Source: Octopus vulgaris (Eukaryota). Taken from it: a stretch of 64,000 nucleotides of DNA. The position numbers were made by a program, and so were the translations under genes. This document shows, piece after piece, positions 1 through 12,429 of this stretch. The stretch lies in assembly GCA_951406725.2 (NCBI GenBank), contig OX597816.1, positions 82,398,001 through 82,462,000 on the forward strand, in the 5' to 3' direction. Each line of letters starts with the position of its first letter. Position 1 is the first letter of the stretch. The notes beneath the pieces were generated by a model, which did not search any database, was not told the origin of the DNA, and saw nothing but the letters and a program-made list of their open reading frames with translations.

Positions 1-156
1 CTGTCACAGGTGGAATGGGTTTGTATAGTAGGTGAGATTCGAAATATTTAGCAATTTGAAGATGAAATTTTGAATCTGCCATCTATTCTAGAAGAGGTTG
101 CTCAAGTTCTTCTAGAAGTTTAAAGAGATACGTCTTCCACCAGAAACAGCTCCAGT
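1..156 (-). CDS. Candidate exon of an unidentified minus-strand host gene (truncated by window edge)
   Basis: Minus strand has a branch-like TCTAAT, a pyrimidine tract and a NAGNAG acceptor (…ttctatttagcag|ACTGG at 156). Reading options: phase 0 gives TGAVSGGRRISLNF* (stop 114-112), or an ATG at 82 gives MADSKFHLQIAKYFESHLLYKPIPPVT, open to the window edge. No homolog recognised. Confidence 0.45.
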
Positions 157-1200
157 CTGCTAAATAGAATTGTTGGAGAACAAAAACATTTATTAGACTA
201 AACCCAGAGACAACAAAGTGCCTGCACTGAATTTGAACTCAAGATTTGAGCCAATTGTCCAAGTTACAGAGTTCAATACTGCAGGAACACTACTATTACT
301 AACTTGGACTAAGATTTAATATACTTAAGAGCAAACACAACCAATTTATAATTGCTATTATAATGCTATGTTTCAAAGAGGTAACTGTTAATAGGAATCT
401 CACAAAAAGAATGCATCTAAATTGAAACCATATGCATTCAATAGAGCCTGCAAAAGCTAAACCACATAGGAATATTTTGAATTTCCCCTTACTCCTCAAT
501 ACAATATTGTTATCCTTCTGCATTTATTCAGATATCCTATAGAAAGATGGTTATTTTTAAATATTGAACCATAAATTATTTACTCAATAATTTGATGACA
601 AATTTAATGGGAAATAGAAGATATTAATAAAACTTCACAATCAAATATTTGGCTTCATGAATTTATCAGTATTCTATTAAATAATAACCGAAAGAGCTGC
701 GATAAAGTGATTTCTTTTATCTTCTGATAACAATTGAAATCCTGCAAAATTATTTGCAGTCTAGGCATGAAGGTATAAAGAAAGTATAACATGATGGCAC
801 TTTAAAGCAACTGAGATGAAAATATATTAGAAATCAATATTGATTTCTTGTACTAGCACAAGGCCTCAAATTCAGAGATAAAGGGAAATAAAATTGTATA
901 ATAATTGTAGAAGGTGTCTTTAAAAAAGGTTACAGGTAAGAAATGCCAGAAGAGGAATCTATTGACATTAGTCCCTATTTCTGTTGTGTAGCCACAGCAA
1001 TACTTGCTCAATTAGACAAAAGACTAAGCTTTAGTTTGGTCTGGAACTAAGTTGCATTTTGTGGTAGTGTTGATTCCTAAAGATTTATTATGCTAGCAGA
1101 GTTTTGTGATTGAAAAGTGTTGCAACCATGTAGTTCAGATTTGATCCCACTGAATTCTTTTTGAGAGGAATTTGGAAGGCAGAAACTGTGAGGAAACATC

Positions 1201-1520
1201 CGTGCGTGCATGCATGCGTGTGTGTACATATGCACACATGCGTGTGTGTACATATGCACACATGCGTGTGTGTACATATGCACACATGCGTGTGTGTACA
1301 TATGCACACATGCGTGTGTGTACATATGCACACATGCGTGTGTGTACATATGCACACATGCGTGTGTGTACATATGCACACATGTGTGTGTGTACATATG
1401 CACACATGCATGTGTGTACATATGCACACATGCGTGTGTGTACATATGCACACATGCATGCATGCGTGTGTGTACCCATCCATCCATCCATGCATGCATG
1501 CATGTATGTATGTGCATATA
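1201..1520. repeat. 24-bp minisatellite (CATGCGTGTGTGTACATATGCACA)x~10 with simple-repeat flanks
   Basis: Directly visible tandem unit; explains the six overlapping HACVHMYT-type ORFs. Confidence 0.95.
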
Positions 1521-2160
1521 CCTGGTAGATTTATCAGAAGCTAAAGCTTCTTGAATCATCACTGCACTTGCTGTTACTGATCAATCAGACATAAGAATGT
1601 ATATATGTAAGGGCATACTATACATATATATGTGTGTCTGCGTTATTATTTTATGGGCAAATTTTAAAATAACAGATTTCCTGAGGTGGAGACTAAAAGT
1701 AAAGTGGCAGGTTTGGGGTGAGGGTTATAAAATTCATTTTGTCTGCCAAGCAGAAAACTATAAGATGGTTGAAAGTTTATAGAGAACCATGAAATATATA
1801 ATTTCTTTTGAAACATTTGATTTTTTATTTAGATGGTGTAAAAGTGCAGTCTTAGGAGACATCACCAACAAAAGCTATAATCCTTCTTAGTTACTTGTTA
1901 ACTCTTTGATATAAAATGAAAAATAATAGACAACACTCAAAGTAACAATTCTAACTATAGAAAGAAATCAAAGACAAACTATTTATAATGTTATTCTGCT
2001 ATAGTACAACTATGTTAGTAAAGCTTTAGCAAATCTTAATTTTCATACAAGAGAAAAGTTCATATGGCTAGATTCAAATCCACAGTCCTATTGAGCAAAG
2101 TATAGGAACAGCACTATTAAGTTAGGGTGAGTTATGGATTAAATAATAAAACAGTAGTAT

Positions 2161-2530
2161 AGGCAGACATGGCTATACAGTTAAAGAGTATGCTTTGAAA
2201 TCATGTGGTTCTTGGTTCAGTCCCACAGTGTAGCACCTTAGGCAAAAGTCTTCAGCTGTAGCCTTGAGTTGGTTAATGCATTAAGTGAAATTTCCTAGAC
2301 AAAACCTGTGTGTGAGAAAGAGAGAGGTAGGGGAGACAAGCAGACAGGAACAATATGGAAGTCCATCCTGTGTGTGTGTACATACTTATGCTGCATAAAA
2401 CCAGTGGTCTCTAACATAATGGTTTGAGAAATATAGATTGACAAAATAATTACTAAACTTTAATTACTTGAGTCAAAATGCTTAAAGGCATTGGCCTCAG
2501 TGTTGCTATAATCCAATAACTGGTTAAAGA
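2161..2530 (+). mobile_element. Degenerate tRNA-derived SINE (family A)
   Basis: Head …ggttcagtcccacagtgtagcaccttaggcaa…, similar to better-preserved copies at 16900-17149 and 57200-57568. Confidence 0.7.
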
Positions 2531-3017
2531 CTAAATGGAAAAGTACATAAATACCATTATTTAATTATTTCTATTGCAATAATTATTATATTTACAAACA
2601 TGTTTGACAAGATTGTATTTTTAGTTACACCCTGACTCCCACTTACCCATTACATATGTATTTTATATTTACATATGTATTATACACAAATGATCTTAGT
2701 TATTTTGCTACAAGAATGGGGAAAATGCTATTTTATGTATTTAGATAGACTTCAAAATACTTTAAATAAAGCGAGGAGAATAAGAAAACAAGATGATTAA
2801 AGATACTGTTGACATTAACTTTGCTACATCTTAATTCTTCCCTTCTCCTCATCTCTCTTTGTGTTTAAAATTCTGTATCGCTTTTACCTTCTTTCTCTTG
2901 TATTCTGTCTTTCTTTCACTCCTTCCCTTTCACTCTATTTCTCTCTCCCCGTGCATCTTTCTCCAATTAAGTTACTTCCCTTAATATTACAAAAACGTAG
3001 GTAGGAATATACTCTTG

Positions 3018-3130
<113 letters not shown>

Positions 3131-4439
3131 CTAACACAAAGAGAAAAATACTAATAAGCCAGCACTTTTGTCCAAATGCTTTGTGGCAATTATTCTACTG
3201 AATTGTACAGAACCCATTTGTAATTCACATCCTGTTGGAAACCTAAAGTCAACAACTTTTATTGTTCACAAAAAGCAATATTAAAAAACAAATATAAATT
3301 ACAAAAATAGTATATGATAGTGCGCTCTCTTAAATATCACAAGGTATAAATTTCTAAATATGTATACTATTTAAACATGTTTATCTCACATTTGCTCTTT
3401 CTCCCAGGATCATAAGCAAGACAAAACTCTAAAATGAGCTGAATGTTTGCAATAATTTACTGAGAAGTGATACAAAAATTTAATGGAAACAGAATAAAGA
3501 TCTCAAATGTAAAAGATGTAGAAGAAATTCAATTTTATGTTGATATTTTAAGCTTCTAACTGTCTACAAGCAAAACTAAACATAAAGGAAAGAAAATACT
3601 TAACATATTATTTTCCAAAGAGTACAAAGGTTTTGATGAGAACAAGCTTTTAAAACTATCAAGTGATCTGTACTGCAAGGAAAACCATTCACCTCTTAGC
3701 TTAAAGTTATATTGATCTTAGAAAATTTATCTACTGCAAGTATCTATTCTTAAGGAAGGTAAACAAACCAAAGCAAGTAGGATTAAGAGTCGTTGTTCAA
3801 AGATACAACAAAACATCTATTGTTGAGTATGAACAACAGTATCTGGCCATTTTGTCTACTAATATCTGATTTCTTTTTTTAAATCTAATTCAACCACAAA
3901 CTAAAACTAAGATTCCCATGAACAATGTTTCACAGCTAATTGAAGTTCTAAAAAAGACAAAGTTTCATACAGAGATTCTATAAATGTCAATTAGTTTAAC
4001 TGTAATAAAGGCTTGATAATTCAATGAACTGTCAACCATAATAACAGAAAGAATAGCACTGCATTAAGAAAATATAAATGCTTCATAGAAATCTTAATGG
4101 TCAGCGTTTAGTTTATTTCAAGACATTTAGAAGATGAAGAATAAAACTTCTCAATACAACACTATCACAAATAATATTCCCATTAGATGGGATAAAGTGG
4201 GACCAGGCCTGAATATTCAATAACAGTGTATTTGAATGCAATGACATGAATTAGTCATAGAATCCTACTCACATTATCAGATGAGTTTAAAATAGGGAAG
4301 AAAATCAAGATGGAAACCTGTATCATAAGAGCCCCACTCACCACGCCCAATGAATTGAATTAATGTGAGTAAACTGTAGTCTTCATTCATAATTGTATAT
4401 TGGGTAAAAAAAAAATTAGAACAAGATAGCACCAAGATA

Positions 4440-4805
4440 CGTTTCATCTGGTGTGTGTGTTCGTGCATTTCAATCACTTAAAATGGAGAGGAGTTGTGGA
4501 AGACGGAGCCCCAGGATGACATGGGACAAAGTTTTGAAGGCCAATCTCAAAACCTTAAACCTTACAAAGGGGATGACAAAGGACTGGGATATGTGGTGCA
4601 TTGCTGTACTTGAGAAGACCCACACACCACAACAAAATTGAGATCTTAAAACCAAGTGCCACATAAAAAGCACCCAGTACATTCTGTGGAGTGGTCAATG
4701 TTAGGAAGGGCATCCACCCATAGAATCCAAGCCAAGACTATAGAACCTAGTGCAGTTCCTGCTCTTATCAGTTATGGTCAAGCCATATAACTTATGCCAG
4801 CAGAC
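4440..4805 (+). mobile_element. RTE-type LINE 3' fragment (ORF C-terminus + 3' UTR)
   Basis: ORF 4453-4641 (CGRRSPRMTWDKVLKANLKTLNL…DWDMWCIAVLEKT) resembles the RTE C-terminal GRGRPxKTW…DR..WR motif. It is followed by the gttaggaagggcatcc tail shared with 17624-18094. Confidence 0.8.
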
Positions 4806-5593
4806 AGGAATATGGTATTAAACTACTATCAAGGGACTTAAGTAGATTGAAATGGCATTGTATTTTCTAGGGTTATTCAAAATACAGAATAATATTCTTC
4901 TATTTTTATTTAACTAAACTGGAAACCAAGTGAAATATAATTTAAAGTTTAAAACAGTGGTTGAGTAGTACCTGTAACAAAGGAACAAAAAAAAAAAAAC
5001 AAGGAAATAACTTTGCTGGAAATGTCAAGGTAAGTATTGTTGAATTCTTTGTTGGTGACATGACATTTAAAATGAACTGGGTTAATGCATTCTACATTAG
5101 AATATTAAATAGGAAATAGTCTAATTTGAAAGATGAAAAATACTATAAAAAGTTAATAGCAAAATGTCCTTAGGGTTGTATCTCAACTTCAATCTTACTA
5201 TGGTTAAGTGCAATTAATTTCTTTTTTCTACAAAACTTCTTCAGGAATAGCTCTAAGATAGATAAAGCAATGATATATGAAAGATTGTTCATTGAACAAG
5301 AAGCCATCTTATTAAGAGATCATTATCTAACATTTACTCTTTTAAGGAGAAAGAAGATCTATGACACAGCAGCAGCCTTTTAAGTCTAGAGCCTATTTTC
5401 CATATACAGACAGCATAGGAGACAACCAATTAGTAAAAGCCAATACCTTATAAAACAACTGAACCAATATGGTTGGAAGTTATAACTTGATATTAGACCA
5501 TTTCAGCATCAAATCCCCATCTAAATTTTTATAAATGTTCACAGATTAAATGAAGTTTTTCAAATTTTATAAATAGGAAACAACAGACTTTAA

Positions 5594-5758
5594 CCCTTTA
5601 GCATTTAAGCTGGCCATATCCAGTCAAAATATTCTAATTTATGATCAAATCAGCTAGATTCTGGCCTTTCACACCTACACTTTGATGTAATTCTAAAAAT
5701 AAGCAATCATCATCAAAATCTCAGAGTAAACAACGTAATACATAATTAATTCAAAATC
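5594..5758. mobile_element. Truncated piggyBac-like MITE (same family as 21999-22213)
   Basis: TTAA|CCCTTTAGCATTT start; colinear similarity to the 22-kb copy. Confidence 0.7.
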
Positions 5759-5792
5759 TTAACATGAAAATATATATATATATATATATATA

Positions 5793-6160
5793 TCATCATC
5801 ATCATCATCATCGTTTAACGTCCGTTCTCCATGCTAGCATGGGTTGGACGGTTCGACCGGGGATCTGGGAAGCCAGAAGGCTGCACCAGGCTCCAGTCTT
5901 ATCTGGCAGTGTTTCTACAGCTGGATGCCCTTCCTAACGCCAACCACTCCGTGAGTATATATATATATATATCATCATCATCATCATTTAACGTCCGCCT
6001 TCCATGCTGGCACCAGTGGGATGGTTTGACAAGAGTCTGCACCAGACTTCTGTAAGGCAAGGTTTTTACAGCTGGATGCCCTTCCAAATGCCAACCACTT
6101 TACAGTGTGGACTGGGTGCTTTTAAGTGGCACTTGCACTGACAGGGTCACCAAGTACTTA
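5793..6160 (-). mobile_element. Two adjacent RTE-type LINE 3' tails with (GAT)n ends
   Basis: (CAT)n followed by the reverse complement of the 17940-18094 tail (ccatgctagcatgggttggacgg…ggatgcccttcctaacgcc), at ~5793 and ~5972. Confidence 0.85.
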
Positions 6161-6289
6161 CAAGACACACACACAAAACAAAACCTCTTTAGGGGGCATG
6201 GTAGTGAGGCAGAGACAGAAACAGGTGTCTTGCTGTCTACAACTGGGTAACCTTGTATCTCCTCTAGGAGGTATCAGGTTACTCAGCTG

Positions 6290-6325
<36 letters not shown>

Positions 6326-7138
6326 GGGAAAAAGAGAGAGAGTGGGAGACAGCAGGATAGAGATGGTGGCAAAGTGCTGGGCATACTTACAAGGGACCAA
6401 AATATACATGGGATGGTTGAGTAAGAGAGATATATAGATAGTGACAAGTGCCAGGGTATACCCTTGAGGTTTGGACTCTATAATATAAATGGCAAAATAT
6501 CGCAAAAGAAGCAGGATCAGAGTGCAGAGGGGTGGAGTGAGTGGTGAAAACCTGGGTATATATAGAGTCAGTGGGAGGGGATACCAGATAGCAATGATAC
6601 AGAGGAACAGGGCTGTGAGGACAGAATTGGGGAGTGAGAGCTAGGCATGGTGTATGAAGGAGGTAATGTGAGGAAGAGATGAAGATATGTAGATTGGTTT
6701 GTAGGGGTAGGGTGTGTGAAAAGTTTTCTTGTTATGTGTGGGAGGAACACACAGGTGTGTGTTGGGGGGCTAGTAAATAGCAATGATACAGTGAGACAGG
6801 GCATGAGTGGAACACACAGGTTGGAAGCTAGCAGAGAGCAATGATACAGTGACACAAGACCAGGAGGACAGGATTGGGGAGAAAGCCTAGTGCATGAAGT
6901 GGAAATGTGAGGATGTGGAGATGTAGTTAGGTTTGTTGTGGTAGAGTGTGTGAGAAATTTCCTTGTTAAGTGTGGGTGGGACACAGTGCTACTAGTATTC
7001 AGTTTTGCTGTCTATTAGGAACATGGCAGGGTACAGTATAAAGTTCGTCTGCCCTCAGATACAAGATGGAAACAATTGTAGTAATTAAAAAATAACTGTC
7101 CAACTGTACTCCTTGTTGACTCCAATTTCTTCAATTAT

Positions 7139-7141
<3 letters not shown>

Positions 7142-7208
<67 letters not shown>
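7142..7208. repeat. (TA)n(GA)n compound microsatellite
   Basis: Direct. Confidence 0.97.
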
Positions 7209-7211
<3 letters not shown>

Positions 7212-7299
7212 GGTAAGACAACAAAAAAATGAAAAAGACCTCGATATTATATAAATAGAGGAATTTATCTGTAACTGTAATATGTGACAATTATTTGGT

Positions 7300-7371
7300 A
7301 GCCATGATAAAGCTCCGAGTTTCAGATGCCAGGGTGGAAATCCACGACGCCATCTCTTCAGTTATCTGGCC
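7300..7371 (-). ncRNA. Degenerate hammerhead motif (inverted copy; GUH mutated to GCU)
   Basis: Reverse strand reads GGCCAGAUAA-CUGAAGA-GAUG…CAUC-U-GAAAC-UCGGA-GCU-UUAUCAUGGC. Confidence 0.6.
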
Positions 7372-7415
7372 ATTGGAAAGAATGCTATGAAAAAATCCAT
7401 AGCATTTTTTCTGAA

Positions 7416-7487
7416 GGCCGGATAACTGAAGAGATGACGGCGTGGAACTCCACCCCGGCATCCGAAACTCAGAGTTTTATCATGGCT
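7416..7487 (+). ncRNA. Type I hammerhead ribozyme motif
   Basis: GGCCGGAUAA-CUGAAGA-(stem II GAUG..CGG.GUGGA/UCCAC.CCG.CAUC)-C-GAAAC-UCAGA-GUU^UUAUCAUGGCU. Stem I pairs; stem III is quasi-palindromic, as in Penelope-associated minimal hammerheads. Confidence 0.75.
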
Positions 7488-7506
7488 ACCAAATAATTGA
7501 CACATA

Positions 7507-7565
<59 letters not shown>

Positions 7566-8298
7566 GCTGATCATGCTTGCCTTTTCTCTTTTTTAAGAAA
7601 ATTTTTCAGATGCTATGAATTTCAGATATGAATAATATTTGGGAAATGCCAACATACTATAAAATGTTCTCAATTTTAGTAATTAACTATCTCTTATTTG
7701 GAACTTTTTTTAAAAAAAAAAAAAAAAAAAGCTAAATCATCTTTACTTTTTAAATTTATTTTATTCTATGTTATTCAAAAAAGATTACTTTACTGACAGT
7801 TAATTAACACAGAAAGAAAAGTAATTAAACTTTTTCCATTACACTTTGAAAAGTAAATAGAAATTTAGGTAATTACAACTGTAACCAATGGCTAATTCTG
7901 AACTGTTATATATAGACATAAACATCCACCCACATTTTTCCCTACATTAAACTTGCCTTTTTTTTTTTTTAAGTCATTTTTTTTCTTTTCTTTTCTTTTT
8001 TAATCACTAAATTTTTGCAATCAATAAATAATGAAATGCTATTCTTGAATTCTTAACAGAATTTTCCTATTATCTAAACACTATAGTTTATGCATTTAAA
8101 TATTTAACTGTAGATTTTTCTTTATTTGAATCTAACCAGTTTGAACAGTTTTATAAATTCAGTCATTGGTATAAATTGTTGGCGTTGAAGTAAGATTTCC
8201 TTGTAAGCCAGTATATGTTGATGTTAACAAGCCAATGAACGAAATGAAAGCAAAGATATTTTTCAATTAAGCTGACTACAGCAAACAAAACAAAAAAA

Positions 8299-8403
8299 AT
8301 GTCTCTCCAATACAGTTTAGCGCTAGTTGCAGTGTTTGTGCTACAGGTTAGTAATAGTGAGCCTTCAAAATTGCATAGCTTTAATAACTCAGAAGTAAAA
8401 TAG
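8299..8403 (+). CDS. Candidate short ORF / first coding exon with signal-peptide-like sequence
   Basis: aaaaaATG, MSLQYSLALVAVFVLQ|VSNSEPSKLHSFNNSEVK*. A CAG|gttagt donor lies at 8346/8347 and TATAAA-like motifs at ~8153 and ~8170. Confidence 0.25.
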   Translation: MSLQYSLALVAVFVLQVSNSEPSKLHSFNNSEVK

Positions 8404-11400
8404 TTGTGAACTGTTAGCTCTAAGTTGGGTCAAAATCCACAATATATTTATTATCCTGGCAGCCAGGTAACTTCCTCATTTCATTATTTGTAGTAAACTG
8501 ATGTCCTAGCCCCACAGGACCTTGAGGTTTGACTTTATTATCAACCAATATGTCAATGATTTGTCTTCTTTCATATGTAGATTGTTTTCTATATATTTTA
8601 AACTGTAATTTACATTAGTTGTGTTGAATTGTATCTAAACTTGCAAAAAGAAAACAAAAGAGGGAGAAGTTTTCATCATCTCGTATCTTAATCCATTTGT
8701 AAAAGTCAGCTAATTGACAGAATTGTTAGTGTTCAATGAATTCACTGCAGTATTTATTCTGGTACCTAGTGTTCCAAGTTCAACTTTGCTTTTCATCCAC
8801 CTGGGACCAATCTATAAAACACTGGTCTAGGGTGGTGAACTAGCAGAAATGTTACAGCAGTGGATATGCACCTTGTATTTTTCTGGCTCTTTGCATTTAG
8901 AGCTCAAATACTGCTATGGCCTACTTGTGTGATAAACTTAACCCATCATTTAGTTTAGCACCCCATTCCAGCCCCAGCACCTAGAGTAAGATTAGTAGAA
9001 TCCTCAGTTGCAAGTATCTAGACCACAACCTAAATTTTTTAGTTGAAGGAAAGAATATTTTTGCACTGTAAAAATTATTTATTTTTGGTCATTAGCAATC
9101 AAGCAAACCTATGATGAAGGCTTTCCAAATGTGACCATTTCAAGTTATGTACCTAACTACATTATCTAGTGTCTTTCCTGTTGCCATGTATTATGAAACT
9201 TAACAGTAAAGGAACTCTGCATAAAAGAGGTTTTAGAATCCATTCATAATGAGGGGAACAATACCTGAAATACACAGACATTGATAACAAAGTATAGGAC
9301 AGTTCAACACTGTTTTACAACTACAAAGATAAAAAACACCTACTCCACAAAAAAAGTGAGGCTTATTTAACATAAGTCACTTATTTTTTTCCAGTCATCA
9401 ATTGGTTATAACTGCTCCTGATTTGTATTCTACCAAACTGTTTGTGTAAAATTTTTGGTTTGCTTGGTGAATTTCTATTATTTATCATCAGATCTCTCTC
9501 AACTGAGTTTGTTGAGCTATATATTCTGATCTTGTAACTTACGAACTCACATTGTTTAAACCTACAATATTTTCCCCCACAATGTAAGTTTTATCAGGGT
9601 ACTTTTTTTTATAGTTAAAGCAATACGAAACACTAAAATTTAAGATCACATACTTTTGAAGTAGACTAATCTCATTTTGCACTATTGTAGGAAATAGCCT
9701 CTTCACTACTACTACTACAACTACACACACACAAAACACTATAGACTACTTACAACAGTTCTTGACAGTGATTTCAACTCCAGAAGGATAACAGACAAAG
9801 ACTTCTTTGATAGAATTTGAACTCAAAATTTGAAGTTCAGTATTTTCCTTACACACTACTAATCTACAATGGAATGTACCTCATACCTTTCCAATTCAGT
9901 GCAAATGGTACAAAACAATATTTGATCAACATCAGAATTATCCAAAAATTACACCTTTTTTTTTTTAACATACTGTAAGAAATTAATGAAACCAATCACA
10001 GATATAATATAAAAAAAAATACAAAATACACTCAAACTTATCATTTAAGCCATTATTGATCATTATTTTATTAAAACAGAAATATCTATAAGTAAATCCT
10101 CCATACTTTCTACTGAGCCATGTAACATGATCTACCAGAAAAATAGAGCTTCAAAGAGTTAAAAGGTAAAAAAATATTTATTTTATAATCGGAAAATACA
10201 AATGATAAAATAGAAGGTTCATTTTATTATTCCTAGAATGTAGTCGACTTGTCAGCAGCTCATACCATTGTGAGAAACTAAACTGGTTAACAATGAACCT
10301 TCACAAAATTTTATACAAGCTGTCATTCTGTGATTGATTCTAAATATGACATTTTTGAGCAGTTCATTAATAATTGCCAATGGCGAATAAGCCTAAGATG
10401 ATGATGAAGGGAATATTTGTACAATATTCAGTTAGACAATGACAGTAAATTCACTGTCAAAAAAATTATTTCCCTTTTAATTCATTTTTATAACGAAGCT
10501 GAGAATGTATTATAATAAAAACGAATCAGTGGTCAATAAAATAGATAGTAATACATTTCAGTAGAAAATGTTAAAATCTCTAAGTACAGTACGAAGTAAT
10601 GTGTTAGCCCAGAGATAACTAAATTCAAACATTACTTTAGCTACTGATCTACATTTCTAACAAGTGATTCCACACTTAGTGTTAATTAAATAACAATTAC
10701 TCAACTGTAAAAGTAACTGCTCCAACAAAAACAATGTAAGGTGGGGGGGGGAGGAGAAAGAAAAAGTTGACATAAAAACAGTGCAAGGTCATTGAAAAGA
10801 AATTTTTTGACATATCAGATATTATATATTTGACATATCAAATATAAAGAAGAGAGTACATAAAGATTGTGATGTTCATGGGAATGATGACTACATTAAT
10901 GGTGAAGGTTGTGTGATGATATTTTAGTAACATTAGCATTTTCAATCCAATAAAGACATTTTAGAAATTATTTTAGCATATACCATACATGAAGTCTCTT
11001 CAACATATTTATAGAACTACCTAAAACCACTTTAAGAACTATGTGTGTAATGTACAGGTGTGCAGTAAGACTAGTTATCTTTGGGAGAGGGCAGAGTCAA
11101 ACAACTTCACAGAAATATATCTATTTAAATAGTGATTGCAGTGTGGGAGTAACTTTTAGTTAGCCAAATCTAAATACTGATTTTAATTTTCAGTTAAAAC
11201 TGCTTCCTTTACATCACTAATGCTCTTTGGGAATGGCATAATTGACACATTATCCAATATCCTCTCCATTATTTATTAAGACTTCAAGGGATATAAACAA
11301 GCAATTATAAAATTAAGAAAAAAAACAAATTGTGATATATACACTACTTCTTTAAATTTAGATAAAATTTTCTTTAAAAACATTCTTTTAAAAGTACTTC

Positions 11401-12429
11401 TGAATAGAAATTTGTTCCCGATTTTTTAAAACAAAAAGTAGAATTTGAAGAGACACACCCCTTAGAGTTGCAGATACCATCGAAGTTTGAGATAAAATGT
11501 TTTACGCCAATTTACTACATTCAGTTAACTACAAACCACAATTAAGAGAAAGTACTAAGCTTCATGATAGAGTAGCAGAAATAATAGCAGATTTTAAGAG
11601 CTCTTTCAGTAAGGAACAACTTGCACTAGTTCATGGCAATGCTCTACAGATTTGAGTTCTTTGGAAAATAAATTCTTTGTAGCGTTTGCAGAGACCAATC
11701 TAAAGTATTAATTATTTTACATGATTTCATGTGTATAAGGGAAAGTGAATGACATAGATGGCATTCATAGGAGGGGATCTACTTACACTTTAACAAGCAA
11801 AATATAGCAACAAAAACTTCCTAAACAAACTCTTTACTATATTTAAAATGAAAATGTTTTAAGTAATAAGCACTTAATGCCAGTCAAAAATTGTTACTTC
11901 TAAGTCTACCAACAAGAACTAACCTAAACTACCGCATCCCCAACCCCCATCCCCAAAACACACACACATACACAAATATCGATTTCTTGCCGGGTGCAAG
12001 GCCAATGTTTCTGTATGGAGAGATGTATATTTGAGTGAATTAACAATGATTTGTTTGCTATTATTCTAATTTACTTTGCAACACCTATTTGGCAAAAACA
12101 ACAATTTGCTTTAACAAACAGTAGGTTAAATGTTAAATACATGCTATTACTTCATAAGTACCTGAAATAATTAAACAACAAGTAATCTAATAAGTGTTCT
12201 CCACACACATGCACTGATTTCTTATCCAAGCAGAAGGCTACAAATTCATAAAGGAGTGGAGTGACATTATGTAGTTCAAATTACCTTTAATTGAAATACC
12301 ATCAGAAAGACAGAATAAAATCATGGAAAAAGGAATAGTTAAAGAAGAGAATAAGAGCAAAAGTAGTTGACTAATAAATGCCACAAAGTGTGGACATTGA
12401 AGCTCTGAACTTTGGTGGGAAAACATTTG

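Larger units (their letters stand above)
7209..7507. mobile_element. Palindromic Penelope-like terminal remnant / non-autonomous element with inverted hammerhead motifs
   Basis: 110-bp arms 7280-7389 and 7398-7507 (14 mismatches by hand alignment), a ~70-bp unpaired extension on the left, and microsatellites on both sides. Confidence 0.7.

Noticed and set aside
86-117. Two TTCTAGAA heat-shock-element cores
   Set aside because: Short arrays located inside a candidate exon rather than a promoter; more simply treated as a hairpin.
1077-1562. Six 114-161 aa Cys/His-rich ORFs
   Set aside because: They are translations of a stop-free 24-bp minisatellite in all frames, not a metal-binding protein.
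9551-9561. 11-nt AG…GT microexon candidate on minus strand
   Set aside because: No pyrimidine tract and not frame-preserving.
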